Origin: Clostridia bacterium
GTDB lineage: Bacteria; Bacillota; Clostridia; Christensenellales; CAG-138
Assembly (NCBI GenBank): GCA_017539215.1
Contig: JAFYHI010000032.1
Coordinates: 1-60,760, forward strand
DNA: 60,760 nucleotides
Direction of reading: 5' to 3'
Of the stretch, positions 8,685 to 17,683 are shown piece by piece (the first letter of the stretch is position 1; the number at the start of each line of letters is the position of its first letter). The notes below the pieces were generated by a model. It was not told where the DNA came from. It ran no database searches and worked only from the letters and a program-made list of their open reading frames with translations. A program made the position numbers and the translations under genes.

Positions 8685-10157
8685 CTACTTTGCAAAGATG
8701 ACTTCATTGTCCATAATACTCAATGCCTGCTGTTCAAGCTGATAAGCCTCGTAGCGCTTTTCGTTTGCAGACAAAGCAAGCTCGTTTATCTTCTGCTGCA
8801 CGGACTGATCTTTCAAAAGAGGGATAGCAATATTCCTTACGTGGTTGTCGTCAATTTCATCAACAACAGAACCATAGGTAAAACGAGTTATCAGATGATA
8901 CCCATAGTCGGAAGCAAGAAACACCGACAGATACCCGGCAATGTCAGAACTCGCAGGAACAACCCGAATAATATGATCTGACGGCACCCAATGATCCCAG
9001 TGAGCAGGGACGAGAACAACCTTGCCGATGGTTCCGCTGCGTGTTATCAAAATAGTATTCTGGTGAACTTCAAGCTTGTTCATCAAAGCTTTATGCTTCG
9101 ATTTTGAGATATATTTTTTTCCGGAGGGATCAAGTTCAAATAATTGCTTGCCACCTATCAAAACTCTACCATATCCTTCTTCGACATAAACGCGGGCAAA
9201 TCTCGGGGGCAAGATAACCTCTTTACTTATCCTACTGTCGCCGACCGTCGTTACCTCTGCCGCGTGCTTTTTCAAATGCTCGATGATGGAGTCCACGATG
9301 GGAACGTGATAAGATGCATCGGCGCGGCCTGACAGCTTGCTGAGCTTCACGCTGTAAGTATCAACGGATGCACATTTTTTGAAAAGATCGACGTCAAAGC
9401 TTTGAATAGCGGGAAGGCGCAGCTCCTTGATAAGCAAGTCGGTTGCCTCGTCAATGAGAGCATTGGATTCGTCTCTCAGTTCGTATGAGCGCACAACAAG
9501 ATCGTTAATCTTTTGCTTGATTGAAACAGGGGCGTCGGGAATTGGAACGGTGGCAAGATGCTCCGGCTCAATGTGAGTAATAACGGCGCCATAACTGTTT
9601 GTCAGCAGGATTTTATTGCCCGTCATGCTTTTTAAGAAAGCATAAACATAGCCGGCGCCGAAGGGCTCATTACAGTTTATTCTGAGAAGATCATGACTGA
9701 AAATCTTTCCATCCAGTGTATTTGAGACGTATGAGAGCTTGCCGATCGTACCGGAACAAGTCATTAAAACCTGTCCCTTATGTACTCGCAGCACATCTAT
9801 ATTAGTGTTCGTTTTGTGAGATAAATACCCATCAGGTGAAGGGTAAACATCCGTAATAGACGAAGGCTGAAAAATCGGCAAATCGGACTGTTCAACCCAA
9901 ATGCGCTTGAACCTTCCACAAACATAGGAACTTGAAAACCCGTTGTCGCCGCCAAGCATTCTAACAGGGTATTTTCCGTGTTCGACAACAGAACGAGCCT
10001 GCTTCGCTTCAACATCGAATACGCTTGCCTCAAGGCGCTTTCCCCTCGCAATAACATCTGACAAAGCCACGGTACAGTATTTGACCGGCGCTCCCGCTAT
10101 TTCTATGCTTTTGTCATCATCTACACCAACTGAATAGGCCAGATTGTTTTTTACCAT
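8685..10157 (-). CDS. Restriction-modification specificity (HsdS-like) subunit
   Basis: Two TRD-like repeats (VLMTCSGTIGK / ILITRSGTIGK; YGAVITHI / YGSVVDEI; IPDAP..IKQKI / IPLLK..VQQKI); start MVKNN overlaps the upstream stop. Confidence 0.88.
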   Translation of the reverse strand: MVKNNLAYSVGVDDDKSIEIAGAPVKYCTVALSDVIARGKRLEASVFDVEAKQARSVVEHGKYPVRMLGGDNGFSSSYVCGRFKRIWVEQSDLPIFQPSSITDVYPSPDGYLSHKTNTNIDVLRVHKGQVLMTCSGTIGKLSYVSNTLDGKIFSHDLLRINCNEPFGAGYVYAFLKSMTGNKILLTNSYGAVITHIEPEHLATVPIPDAPVSIKQKINDLVVRSYELRDESNALIDEATDLLIKELRLPAIQSFDVDLFKKCASVDTYSVKLSKLSGRADASYHVPIVDSIIEHLKKHAAEVTTVGDSRISKEVILPPRFARVYVEEGYGRVLIGGKQLFELDPSGKKYISKSKHKALMNKLEVHQNTILITRSGTIGKVVLVPAHWDHWVPSDHIIRVVPASSDIAGYLSVFLASDYGYHLITRFTYGSVVDEIDDNHVRNIAIPLLKDQSVQQKINELALSANEKRYEAYQLEQQALSIMDNEVIFAK

Positions 10158-12172
10158 GCTAACCCCTCCTGCTTCTTCCACTCTGCAAAGATAGCGGGAA
10201 CATCGGGAGTCTGATCGTCTTCGACCTTAACCTGCTGCTGATGCGACACGGTGCGCGAACCGTCACCGGTTTCACCGAGAACGAGGACGTTGTTCGTATC
10301 GGGAACAAGTATCTCGTTTCCCTCCTTATCGCGCTTAAACAGAGTATTGCCGCGCTTATCGTGACCGATACGTTCTACCATAGCCATAAAAATGTTATAG
10401 TCGGCCATCTGTCCGCTCTTTTCCTCAGCATCCTTCTGAGCCTGCGTCTTCTTTTGCAGGAAGAGAACAGAGGTCTGCGTTCCGTTGCGCGGTTGGAACG
10501 TATCCTGATGCAAGTCGATACTCGCCACAATGCGGTGGTTCTTAATGAGCCATTCCCTTATGTAACCGAGCCCCGGTGAGCCGAGAATTGAATCGGGGAG
10601 GACTATACCCATTCGCCCTCCGGGAACAAGGAACTGTGTGCAGCGCTCGATGAACAATATTTCGGGAGGCACGGACGACTGAAGCTTGTTCGTCATCGTC
10701 CAAACGCCGGTCTTTTTATTGCATTCCCAAATATGAGCAAGATCAAACTGTTCAAGTATGCTCTTATCCTTAATGGGTATCTTGCTGCCGAACGGCGGAT
10801 TTGTGACGATGACGTTGAAGAACTCAATCGTCTGATAATTGCGGATGGACGCTTTGGGGATGCCGAGCGCGTCAGCAAGGCGCGTTCTGAACTCGTCTGT
10901 CCACTCGTGCGGTGGAAGCAGCGAATTGGTTTGAAGAATATTGCCGCTGCCGTCATTGTTCATGACCATGTTCATCTTCGTTGCCTTGACAAGATCGGGG
11001 TTAATGTCAAAGCCGAAGAAGTATGATCCCGCGACCTCAGAAATCTTATCTTGGAACTGACGAATGGTATCAGCGTCCCATTCTGCCTTAGGCGTTCCAA
11101 GCTCGTGCTCAAAGCTCTTAACGATCAAATCAATAACGTGCGTCATGGCCGTAACGACGAAGCCGCCAGTGCCGCAAGAAGTATCAACAACCTTTTCGCC
11201 GATCTGCGGATTGATCATCTCCACGGTCATCTTCATTACATTACGCGGGGTAAAGAACTCGCCGCGATCCCCGCGAAGGTTCGCACCTACGATCTCCTCA
11301 TAGGCTTTACCCTTTATGTCGATGTTCGTGTTAAGCAAGCTATATCGCTGCAGCTCGCTAACGATATAAGCAAGACTGCGCGGCGTAAGCTTAATATCGT
11401 CGTTCGCGTCGAAAATCCTACCGTGACGCTTTTTTACACGGTCGAATATCTTTGAAATGCGCTTTTTGACGGTAAGCTGACCGTCGGGATTGGAGCGCTC
11501 CTCGGAAGTGGTGTAAAACTCAAGCGGCGCCGGGATATTCCTTTCGTCTTCGATCTTGCAGAAAATCACTTTAAGCAGCTCAAAAAAAGCGGGCTGTTTC
11601 TGCAAACCGTCATTCACATAAATGTGATTATGGCAGGTCTTAAAAACGAACAGAAGATTGTCATCCGAAGCATTCTTCAAACTCTTTCGTGTCGGCCTGT
11701 TTACATCGTCAAGATTGCCGTCGGCGGAAGGAATATCGTTATACTCCATAAAGACGATGTTGCCGGACTCGTCAAGGCTCTTTTTGAAAACGTATTTCTG
11801 AATGCTGTTCGTCCACATGCCCCACTCGCAGTTTGGGCAGACGGACATGTAGGACTGCAACTGAGCTATGCCGTCTTTCGCATTCTTCGCGTCTACGGTC
11901 TCCTTCTTGCACTCGATAATGAGCTTAATGGTTCCCTGTGTCTGCTCGACTGCGGATTTATCCCAGATTACAATATCAGCCCTCGGCTTTCCGGAGCCGA
12001 CTTGAAGCGTGTATTCAACTTTAACTTGGGACGGAGAATACTTGTGTTCGTTGATAAGCCTGCGCTCTATCGTCTGCCGCACGTATTCTTCGGGAGTGTC
12101 ATTTCTGAATTTACCGTCAATATAGTCACAAATCTTCCCGTCAGGGATAACAACAACTTTCTGGTCTGCCAT
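10151..12172 (-). CDS. Fused endonuclease / N6-adenine methyltransferase (Type IIB/IIG-like RM protein)
   Basis: N-terminal TPEEYVRQ..ADIVIWD..IIECK (PD-(D/E)xK, HsdR_N-like), GEFFTPR, motif I DTSCGTGGF, motif IV TNPPFG; start MADQK after GGAGG. Confidence 0.9.
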   Translation of the reverse strand: MADQKVVVIPDGKICDYIDGKFRNDTPEEYVRQTIERRLINEHKYSPSQVKVEYTLQVGSGKPRADIVIWDKSAVEQTQGTIKLIIECKKETVDAKNAKDGIAQLQSYMSVCPNCEWGMWTNSIQKYVFKKSLDESGNIVFMEYNDIPSADGNLDDVNRPTRKSLKNASDDNLLFVFKTCHNHIYVNDGLQKQPAFFELLKVIFCKIEDERNIPAPLEFYTTSEERSNPDGQLTVKKRISKIFDRVKKRHGRIFDANDDIKLTPRSLAYIVSELQRYSLLNTNIDIKGKAYEEIVGANLRGDRGEFFTPRNVMKMTVEMINPQIGEKVVDTSCGTGGFVVTAMTHVIDLIVKSFEHELGTPKAEWDADTIRQFQDKISEVAGSYFFGFDINPDLVKATKMNMVMNNDGSGNILQTNSLLPPHEWTDEFRTRLADALGIPKASIRNYQTIEFFNVIVTNPPFGSKIPIKDKSILEQFDLAHIWECNKKTGVWTMTNKLQSSVPPEILFIERCTQFLVPGGRMGIVLPDSILGSPGLGYIREWLIKNHRIVASIDLHQDTFQPRNGTQTSVLFLQKKTQAQKDAEEKSGQMADYNIFMAMVERIGHDKRGNTLFKRDKEGNEILVPDTNNVLVLGETGDGSRTVSHQQQVKVEDDQTPDVPAIFAEWKKQEGLAW

Positions 12173-12219
12173 AAAAAACCTCCAAATCAAGCTTATAAGC
12201 ATGCCAATCTTATACACTC

Positions 12220-12255
12220 ATTCTACTCGTTTTGTGTTGATTTGTCAACACAAAA
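12220..12255 (-). promoter_or_regulatory. Sigma-A promoter of the RM operon overlapped by an 11-bp inverted repeat
   Basis: TTGACA (12248-12243), 17-nt spacer, TAGAAT (12225-12220); palindrome ttttgtgttga-N4-tcaacacaaaa (12230-12255). Confidence 0.7.
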
Positions 12256-12430
12256 TGAAGAGTTTTTCAATAAAACGAAGGGAGCAGCCGCACAAATGGT
12301 CGTTGCTCCCTTGCGCCATACTATCAATAGCGCCGGAGCCCTAGTTTCTGCATCAAGAGCTTTGTATCACATCTGGACAAGCTCTTCATCGGCAATAATA
12401 AGGGTATCTGAGATTGGCTTGAAAAGGAAA

Positions 12431-12462
12431 CAAAAAAACCCAACAAATTGTTGGGTTTTTTG
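12431..12462. terminator. Terminator downstream of tRNA-Lys
   Basis: aaaaaacccaacaa/ttgttgggtttttt hairpin. Confidence 0.75.
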
Positions 12463-12463
12463 T

Positions 12464-12539
12464 TGGTACACCTTCAGGGGCTCGAACCCTGGACACCCTG
12501 ATTAAGAGTCAGGTGCTCTACCAACTGAGCTAAAGGTGC
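12464..12539 (-). tRNA. tRNA-Lys (CTT)
   Basis: GCACCTTTAGCTCAGTTGGTAGAGCACCTGACTCTTAATCAGGGTGTCCAGGGTTCGAGCCCCTGAAGGTGTACCA; TTGCAT-17-TATAAT promoter upstream. Confidence 0.97.
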
Positions 12540-12828
12540 ATGCGGCGTGTTTCACATCGCATACAGTATTATACACACTTTTGGAGCAAATGCAAGCCCT
12601 TTTTAAGATATATTTCACGGAAGGGAGCTTTTTGTCTGCGTCTGTTTTGTGCGCTCGGGGCGGGGCCGAAAGCGCGTACGCCGCCGCAGGGGAGCAAAGC
12701 GGGTTTTTTTTACAAGGTTTTTACACGCCTTTGCTTGATTCATTACACGCATCGAGTATAATATAAGCGTAAACGGGGCGGGAACCGCTTCGATATCACG
12801 GCCTTGTGCCGGGAAGGAAAGGTATCAT

Positions 12829-13767
12829 ATGATAAGATCCGAAATTAAAGAGAGGGCCAAGCGCAATTTCCGCGCTAACTACTGGCTGCTTGTCGGCATA
12901 TTTGCCGTTGCGCTGCTGCTTGGCGCAATACAGGGCGGCACGCCGACGTTCAGCTTCAACGTAAACAACTTCATCAACTTGGACGGCGTCAGCTCGTCCA
13001 TCGGCGAGGACGGCACGTTCAGCCTGCCCGAGATGATCGAAGGCGTAAAGGGCGACGTTTTCGATTTCAAGGCAGAGTGGAACAACGCCATTGATGACTT
13101 TCAAGCCGAGATCCCCGGGGACCGTGACGAGCTTTTCGCCGCCACTGCCACCGGTGCGGTCGCGGTGTTCCTCGCGATATTCATATTCGCAGCTGGGATC
13201 GGCGTCGCCCTCGGTGCGTTCGTAATCGGCCCGATCGGCGTCGGCGCGAACCGCGTTGCCACCCGCGCCTATGACGGCGGGTCCTTCTCGTTCGGCGAGC
13301 TGTTCTGGGCGTTCCGCTCCGGCTTCTACATGAGGATAGTCGGCGTATGCGCGCTCAACGCGATATTCACGATACTGCCCATTATTATCTTCACGTTCGC
13401 CGGGGCCGTGCTTACGCTCGTGTTCAGGAACCCGCTGTTCATGCTGGTCATGGTTGCCTCGCTCATCGTATTGCTGCCCGTAGGCATCGGTCTTTCTCTG
13501 ACGACCTACCTCGTCGGCGACCCCGCTGGCGCACAGGGCGGCGACAGCGCAATGGAGGTCATTCGCACCTCGTGGGAGATCATGCGCGGTCACAAGTGGG
13601 AGCGCTTCGTGTTCGGGCTCTCGTTCATCGGCTGGCAGATACTCTCCGGGCTCACGCTCGGCATACTGGGCATATTCTACGTCAACCCCTACCGCGAGGT
13701 GGCGTTCGGCGGCTATTACCGCGAGCTCTCCCTTAATAAGGGCCTCGTCGTACTGCCCGAAGCGTAA
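12829..13767 (+). CDS. DUF975 family membrane protein
   Basis: RSEIKERAK start, SWEIMRGHKWERFVFGLSFIGW, GIFYVNPY..AFGGYYREL. Confidence 0.85.
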   Translation: MIRSEIKERAKRNFRANYWLLVGIFAVALLLGAIQGGTPTFSFNVNNFINLDGVSSSIGEDGTFSLPEMIEGVKGDVFDFKAEWNNAIDDFQAEIPGDRDELFAATATGAVAVFLAIFIFAAGIGVALGAFVIGPIGVGANRVATRAYDGGSFSFGELFWAFRSGFYMRIVGVCALNAIFTILPIIIFTFAGAVLTLVFRNPLFMLVMVASLIVLLPVGIGLSLTTYLVGDPAGAQGGDSAMEVIRTSWEIMRGHKWERFVFGLSFIGWQILSGLTLGILGIFYVNPYREVAFGGYYRELSLNKGLVVLPEA

Positions 13768-13827
13768 AGCCGCATAATTCGGACATAAAAGGACCCGGGA
13801 ACATGCCCCGGGTCCTTGTTTTACGGT

Positions 13828-15135
13828 TTACTCCATACGGTATTCGCCGTCGCGCAGGATGCTGACGCGGGTGTTGTAGAAGGCGGTCATCGCATTTACC
13901 ATATAGTCAAGGTCGCGTGCGCCGGCGGTCTCGCAGGCGGAGTGCATGGCAAGCTGCGCAAGGCCTATATCCAGCGTGTTTATGGAAACGTGCGAGCCGG
14001 AGATATTGCCCAGCGTGCTGCCGCCCGGCGAATCCGAACGGTTGGCGAAGTGCTGACAGGGTATGCCGTTGTCCTTCAATATCCTGTGGAAGAAGGCCGA
14101 GGACACCGCGTCCGTGGTGTAGCGCTGATTGGCGTTGAACTTGATCACCACGCCCTCGTTCATAAAGGTGCAGTTGGTCTCATCGGTCTTTTCCGGGTGG
14201 TTGGGATGCACCGCGTGCGCGTTGTCCGCGGAGAGCATGAACGAGGCGGCAAGCGCGCGGTACTTCTCGTCGCCGGTCTGCCCCAGAGCTATCGAGATGC
14301 GGTCGAGCACGTCGTAAAGGAAGGTCGAATCGGCGCCCTGCTTGGTGCCGGAGCCGACCTCTTCGTTATCGAAAACGCAGAGCATGTTCACGCCGTTTGC
14401 GGGTGCGTCTGCCGCCTTGAACGCGGCAAGCCCGCTCCACGCGCACTCAAGGTCGTCAAGGCGGGGGCTCAATACGTACTCGTCGGCGGCGCCTATCACG
14501 CGGCCCTTTATGCGCGGATACAGGTACAGGTCACAGCCCAGGATATCGTCCTCGCATACGCCCGCGGCCTCCGCCACGGCGTTTTTGAAGCCGTCCTTCA
14601 CCGCGTCGCTGCCCATAAGGGGCATAAGGTCGGTCTGTGCGTTGTACTTGAAACCGTCGTTGATCTCGCGGTTCATGTGTATCGCAACGTTCGGTATAAC
14701 GAGCATATCGCGGTCAATGTCGATAAGCCTTGCCTCTATGCCGCGCTCCGTACGCACCACGACGCGCCCCGCAACGGAAAGGGGCCTGTCGAACCAGGTC
14801 GAAAACAGCATGCCGCCGTAACGCTCCACGTTGAGCTTTACATACTTGCCGCGCACGGAAAGCTCGGCATTTTCCTTTATCTTAAAGGTGGGGGAGTCGG
14901 AGTGCGCCGCGATTATGCGGTATGAATCGGCCCTGCCTTCAGGCAGCCTGAACGCTATCACGGAGCTCATGTTGCGGGTAACGAAGTATCCGCGCCCCGG
15001 CACGAGCGCCCAGGAAGAGCCCTCCTCAAGGCGGTCGAAGCCCGCGGCCTCAAGCTCGGAGCAGATGTTCGCCACGGCGTGGAACGCGGTGGGCGACGCA
15101 TCGATAAAATCAAAAAGTCCCTGTACGTTGCTCAT
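13828..15135 (-). CDS. M18 family (aspartyl) aminopeptidase
   Basis: SPTAFHAV, AHSDSP, RLDDL, DNEEVGS, SADNAHAVHPN, GGSTLG, LAMHSACE. Confidence 0.93.
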   Translation of the reverse strand: MSNVQGLFDFIDASPTAFHAVANICSELEAAGFDRLEEGSSWALVPGRGYFVTRNMSSVIAFRLPEGRADSYRIIAAHSDSPTFKIKENAELSVRGKYVKLNVERYGGMLFSTWFDRPLSVAGRVVVRTERGIEARLIDIDRDMLVIPNVAIHMNREINDGFKYNAQTDLMPLMGSDAVKDGFKNAVAEAAGVCEDDILGCDLYLYPRIKGRVIGAADEYVLSPRLDDLECAWSGLAAFKAADAPANGVNMLCVFDNEEVGSGTKQGADSTFLYDVLDRISIALGQTGDEKYRALAASFMLSADNAHAVHPNHPEKTDETNCTFMNEGVVIKFNANQRYTTDAVSSAFFHRILKDNGIPCQHFANRSDSPGGSTLGNISGSHVSINTLDIGLAQLAMHSACETAGARDLDYMVNAMTAFYNTRVSILRDGEYRME

Positions 15136-15211
15136 ATTTTCAGCCCTTGACCCCTTAACGCGGGGTCTCCTTTCAAAATAGTTTCGTATTTACGGTGCGG
15201 CCCGCGCCGCG

Positions 15212-16033
15212 TTATATGCGCCCGCGCAGGCGCAAAAGGTATTCCGCGTGTGCGGCCGCCGGGTCCAAAAGCCCGTTTATGTACAGCATGCGCGCGCCGA
15301 CCGGGTCCTCTATCTCATTCAGCACCCAGCCTCCCGCATGCGGCATTACGTCGACCCCCGCGTAGTCAAGAGGCAGCGCCTCGCACACGCGCCCGACGAT
15401 CTCAAGCGCGGCTTTGGGTATCCCGTCCGCGCTTATCGGCACGGCCCTGCCGCCCAGCGAAAAGTTCGAACGAAAGTCCGTGTCCGACTCGCGCATCACG
15501 GCCGCCGCCGGCCTGCCGCCTATGACGTACACGCGCATATCGCGGCCCAAAGTATCGCAAAGCGGCTGGCAGACGCTCTTTTCGGGGTGCGTGGCCCTGT
15601 ACGCGGCATAGTCGGCTGCGCTTTTTATCATGCTCACGCCGCTGCCGCCGTGCCCCGCCGCGGGCTTTGCCACAAAGGGGAAGGGGAGGGGCGGCCGGTC
15701 CCCGCAAAGAACGGTCTCAAGCATAGGCACGGCCCCGTGAAGCAGCCCGTAGGTCGCAAGCTTATCGTTTGCCGTGCGCGTCAAAACGGTGGGATTGCTG
15801 ACGAAAAGCCCCGCGTTTTCAAGAAAGGACGCAAGCTCCGCGTCACGCGTGCGGTTTATTATGAAGTCCGCCCCGCGAAGCGCCGCAAGCACGCTCCCGG
15901 GCGAAAGACGGTCGACTATCATAAGCTCGGGAACGGCCCCGTGCGCGCAAAAAGCGGCAAAGTATTTGCGCACCAGCACGCGGCTGCGTTCGGCGTCGGC
16001 CCGCGTATATAGTATGGCGGCGCGGCTCAGCAT
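15212..16033 (-). CDS. RimK-like ATP-grasp ligase (second copy)
   Basis: ANDKLATY, KPAAGHGGSGV, DMRVYVIGG, DFRSNFSLGG, YAGVD, NEIED; start MLSRAA overlaps the upstream gene. Confidence 0.8.
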   Translation of the reverse strand: MLSRAAILYTRADAERSRVLVRKYFAAFCAHGAVPELMIVDRLSPGSVLAALRGADFIINRTRDAELASFLENAGLFVSNPTVLTRTANDKLATYGLLHGAVPMLETVLCGDRPPLPFPFVAKPAAGHGGSGVSMIKSAADYAAYRATHPEKSVCQPLCDTLGRDMRVYVIGGRPAAAVMRESDTDFRSNFSLGGRAVPISADGIPKAALEIVGRVCEALPLDYAGVDVMPHAGGWVLNEIEDPVGARMLYINGLLDPAAAHAEYLLRLRGRI

Positions 16034-16914
16034 CCGTCCGCCCCGCGCAGTATATAGCGCATTATCTCGTCGGCGGCGTTTACGCCCGTGCATTCGAATA
16101 TGGATTTGAAATGCGCGTTGGAGTTGACCTCGCACACCACGGGCCCGTCGTTTGAGAGCAGCAGGTCCACGCCGCAGAAGTCCAGCCCCAGCACCTCCGC
16201 CGTGCGCAGGGCAAGGCGGGTCTCCTCAAAGGTCGGGGTATGGGGCCGCATCACGCCTCCGTTTGATATGTTGGCTCTGAAATCGCCATTCGGGTTCGTG
16301 CGCTCCATGGCGGCGACGACCCTTCCGCCCACAACGTTCAGACGCAGGTCGCGCCCCGCGCTTTCGCGTATGAACTCCTGAAATATCACGCGCCTGCCGC
16401 AAACGCCGTCAAGTATGCGGTCGGCGTCCTCGGGGGTCTCGGCAAGATACACCTGCTTTCCGAATGAGCCGAACGCCTCTTTAATAACGAGCGGGCTGCC
16501 CAGAATGCCGAACATATCCCGCACGAAGGCGCGGTCGGTGTAGCCGACGTTCTCGTAAGTAAAGGGCGCCGACACCGTGCGCGGCATGGGAACAAAACCG
16601 CTCAGCGCAAGGTGGGTCAGCGCCTTGTCGTCGCAAAGCTCAATTGCGCGGGCGGAGTTTAACAGCCTCATCCCCCTTGCCTCAAGCGCACGGGCGAGTA
16701 TCACGTCTTTGTCGTAAAACAACACAAAATCCGGAGCCTCATCCGGCAGCCTGCCGCCCCCGCCGCAGATGGCGGGCAGCAGCTCGTCGTTCGTGTAAAC
16801 GTCAAGGCCGATGCCGTGCTGTGCTGCAGCTCCGCACAAAAGCCCGGTAAGCTCCGTGAATTTACTTGTGTTCAGAAAACGGTTGACAACGAGCCAGCCA
16901 TTGGGTTTGCCCAT
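16027..16914 (-). CDS. RimK family alpha-L-glutamate ligase
   Basis: CDDKALT, KEAFGSFGKQV, DLRLNVVGG, DFRANISNGG, FCGVDLL, CEVNSN. Confidence 0.88.
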   Translation of the reverse strand: MGKPNGWLVVNRFLNTSKFTELTGLLCGAAAQHGIGLDVYTNDELLPAICGGGGRLPDEAPDFVLFYDKDVILARALEARGMRLLNSARAIELCDDKALTHLALSGFVPMPRTVSAPFTYENVGYTDRAFVRDMFGILGSPLVIKEAFGSFGKQVYLAETPEDADRILDGVCGRRVIFQEFIRESAGRDLRLNVVGGRVVAAMERTNPNGDFRANISNGGVMRPHTPTFEETRLALRTAEVLGLDFCGVDLLLSNDGPVVCEVNSNAHFKSIFECTGVNAADEIMRYILRGADGC

Positions 16915-16924
16915 CTTATCGCCC

Positions 16925-17683
16925 TCAATATCGCTTGCTCACCGACTTAGGCACTATGTTGCAGTCCCAGTACAGAAGCCTTCCCTCGAGCTTTTGTGCA
17001 AGACGCACCGTGCGTACGGTAAGCCCGTCTATGTCCTCGCGCTTCAGCGTGGATATGCGGTAGATCACAACGCCGTTCGGCATATCGTATTCGCTCAGGA
17101 ACTCCGCCGGCCCTATCGCATAGCCCGCCTGACGCGCGGCCTCCTCAAAAAGCAGGCGCTGCTGCTCCGCCCGGAAGCAAACGTGCAGGTTGATCCTGCG
17201 GGAGGCCTCGGTGTTGTCGCCTATCTTGCGCAGCTTCTCGACCTGCTCGCGGTTTTTGACGGTCTGATACTTGGTCTCGTTGGGGTACAGGAGCTGAAAA
17301 TAGGTGGCCCAATCCTCCTCGCGCTTGCCGCCGACGCGGCAAAGCAGTTTCTTTTCCTTTGCGGCAAGCTGCTCTATCGCGTCGTATTCATCCTTCGAGG
17401 CGACGTAAAAATAGTACTGCCTCAGCGCCCCGGCCTGCACAAAGCCCGCGGGCATCGTGCGCACGCGCTTGGCGCATTTGGCGGCCAAAGCATCTATCCT
17501 GCGTATGTCCGCGGGGGTCAGGGGCCTGTCCTCCCTGGGCTGCGAACAAAAGTACACCAGCATGCCGCGGGCCTCGTCGGGAGCCTTCCGGTAATAGGAA
17601 AGCTCCACGCCGAATTTAGCGTCCTCGCCCTCGAGCTGCCAGTCGTATTCAAGCCAGTTCGAATGCTCCGCCATATTATTCAA
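16925..17683 (-). CDS. DUF695 / RraB-like domain protein
   Basis: YYFY, DWATYFQLLYP, NREQVEKLRKIGDNTEASRRINLHVCF (RraB-like C-terminus). Confidence 0.65.
   Translation of the reverse strand: MNNMAEHSNWLEYDWQLEGEDAKFGVELSYYRKAPDEARGMLVYFCSQPREDRPLTPADIRRIDALAAKCAKRVRTMPAGFVQAGALRQYYFYVASKDEYDAIEQLAAKEKKLLCRVGGKREEDWATYFQLLYPNETKYQTVKNREQVEKLRKIGDNTEASRRINLHVCFRAEQQRLLFEEAARQAGYAIGPAEFLSEYDMPNGVVIYRISTLKREDIDGLTVRTVRLAQKLEGRLLYWDCNIVPKSVSKRY

Larger units (their letters stand above)
8335..12484. mobile_element. 4.1 kb genomic islet integrated at tRNA-Lys(CTT) carrying an RM system; no integrase inside
   Basis: 21-bp direct repeats, visibly lower GC than the flanks, RM cargo. Confidence 0.85.

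Noticed and set aside
12290-12430. Possible pseudogene fragment between the RM promoter and tRNA-Lys
   Set aside because: Short interrupted frames with no recognisable similarity
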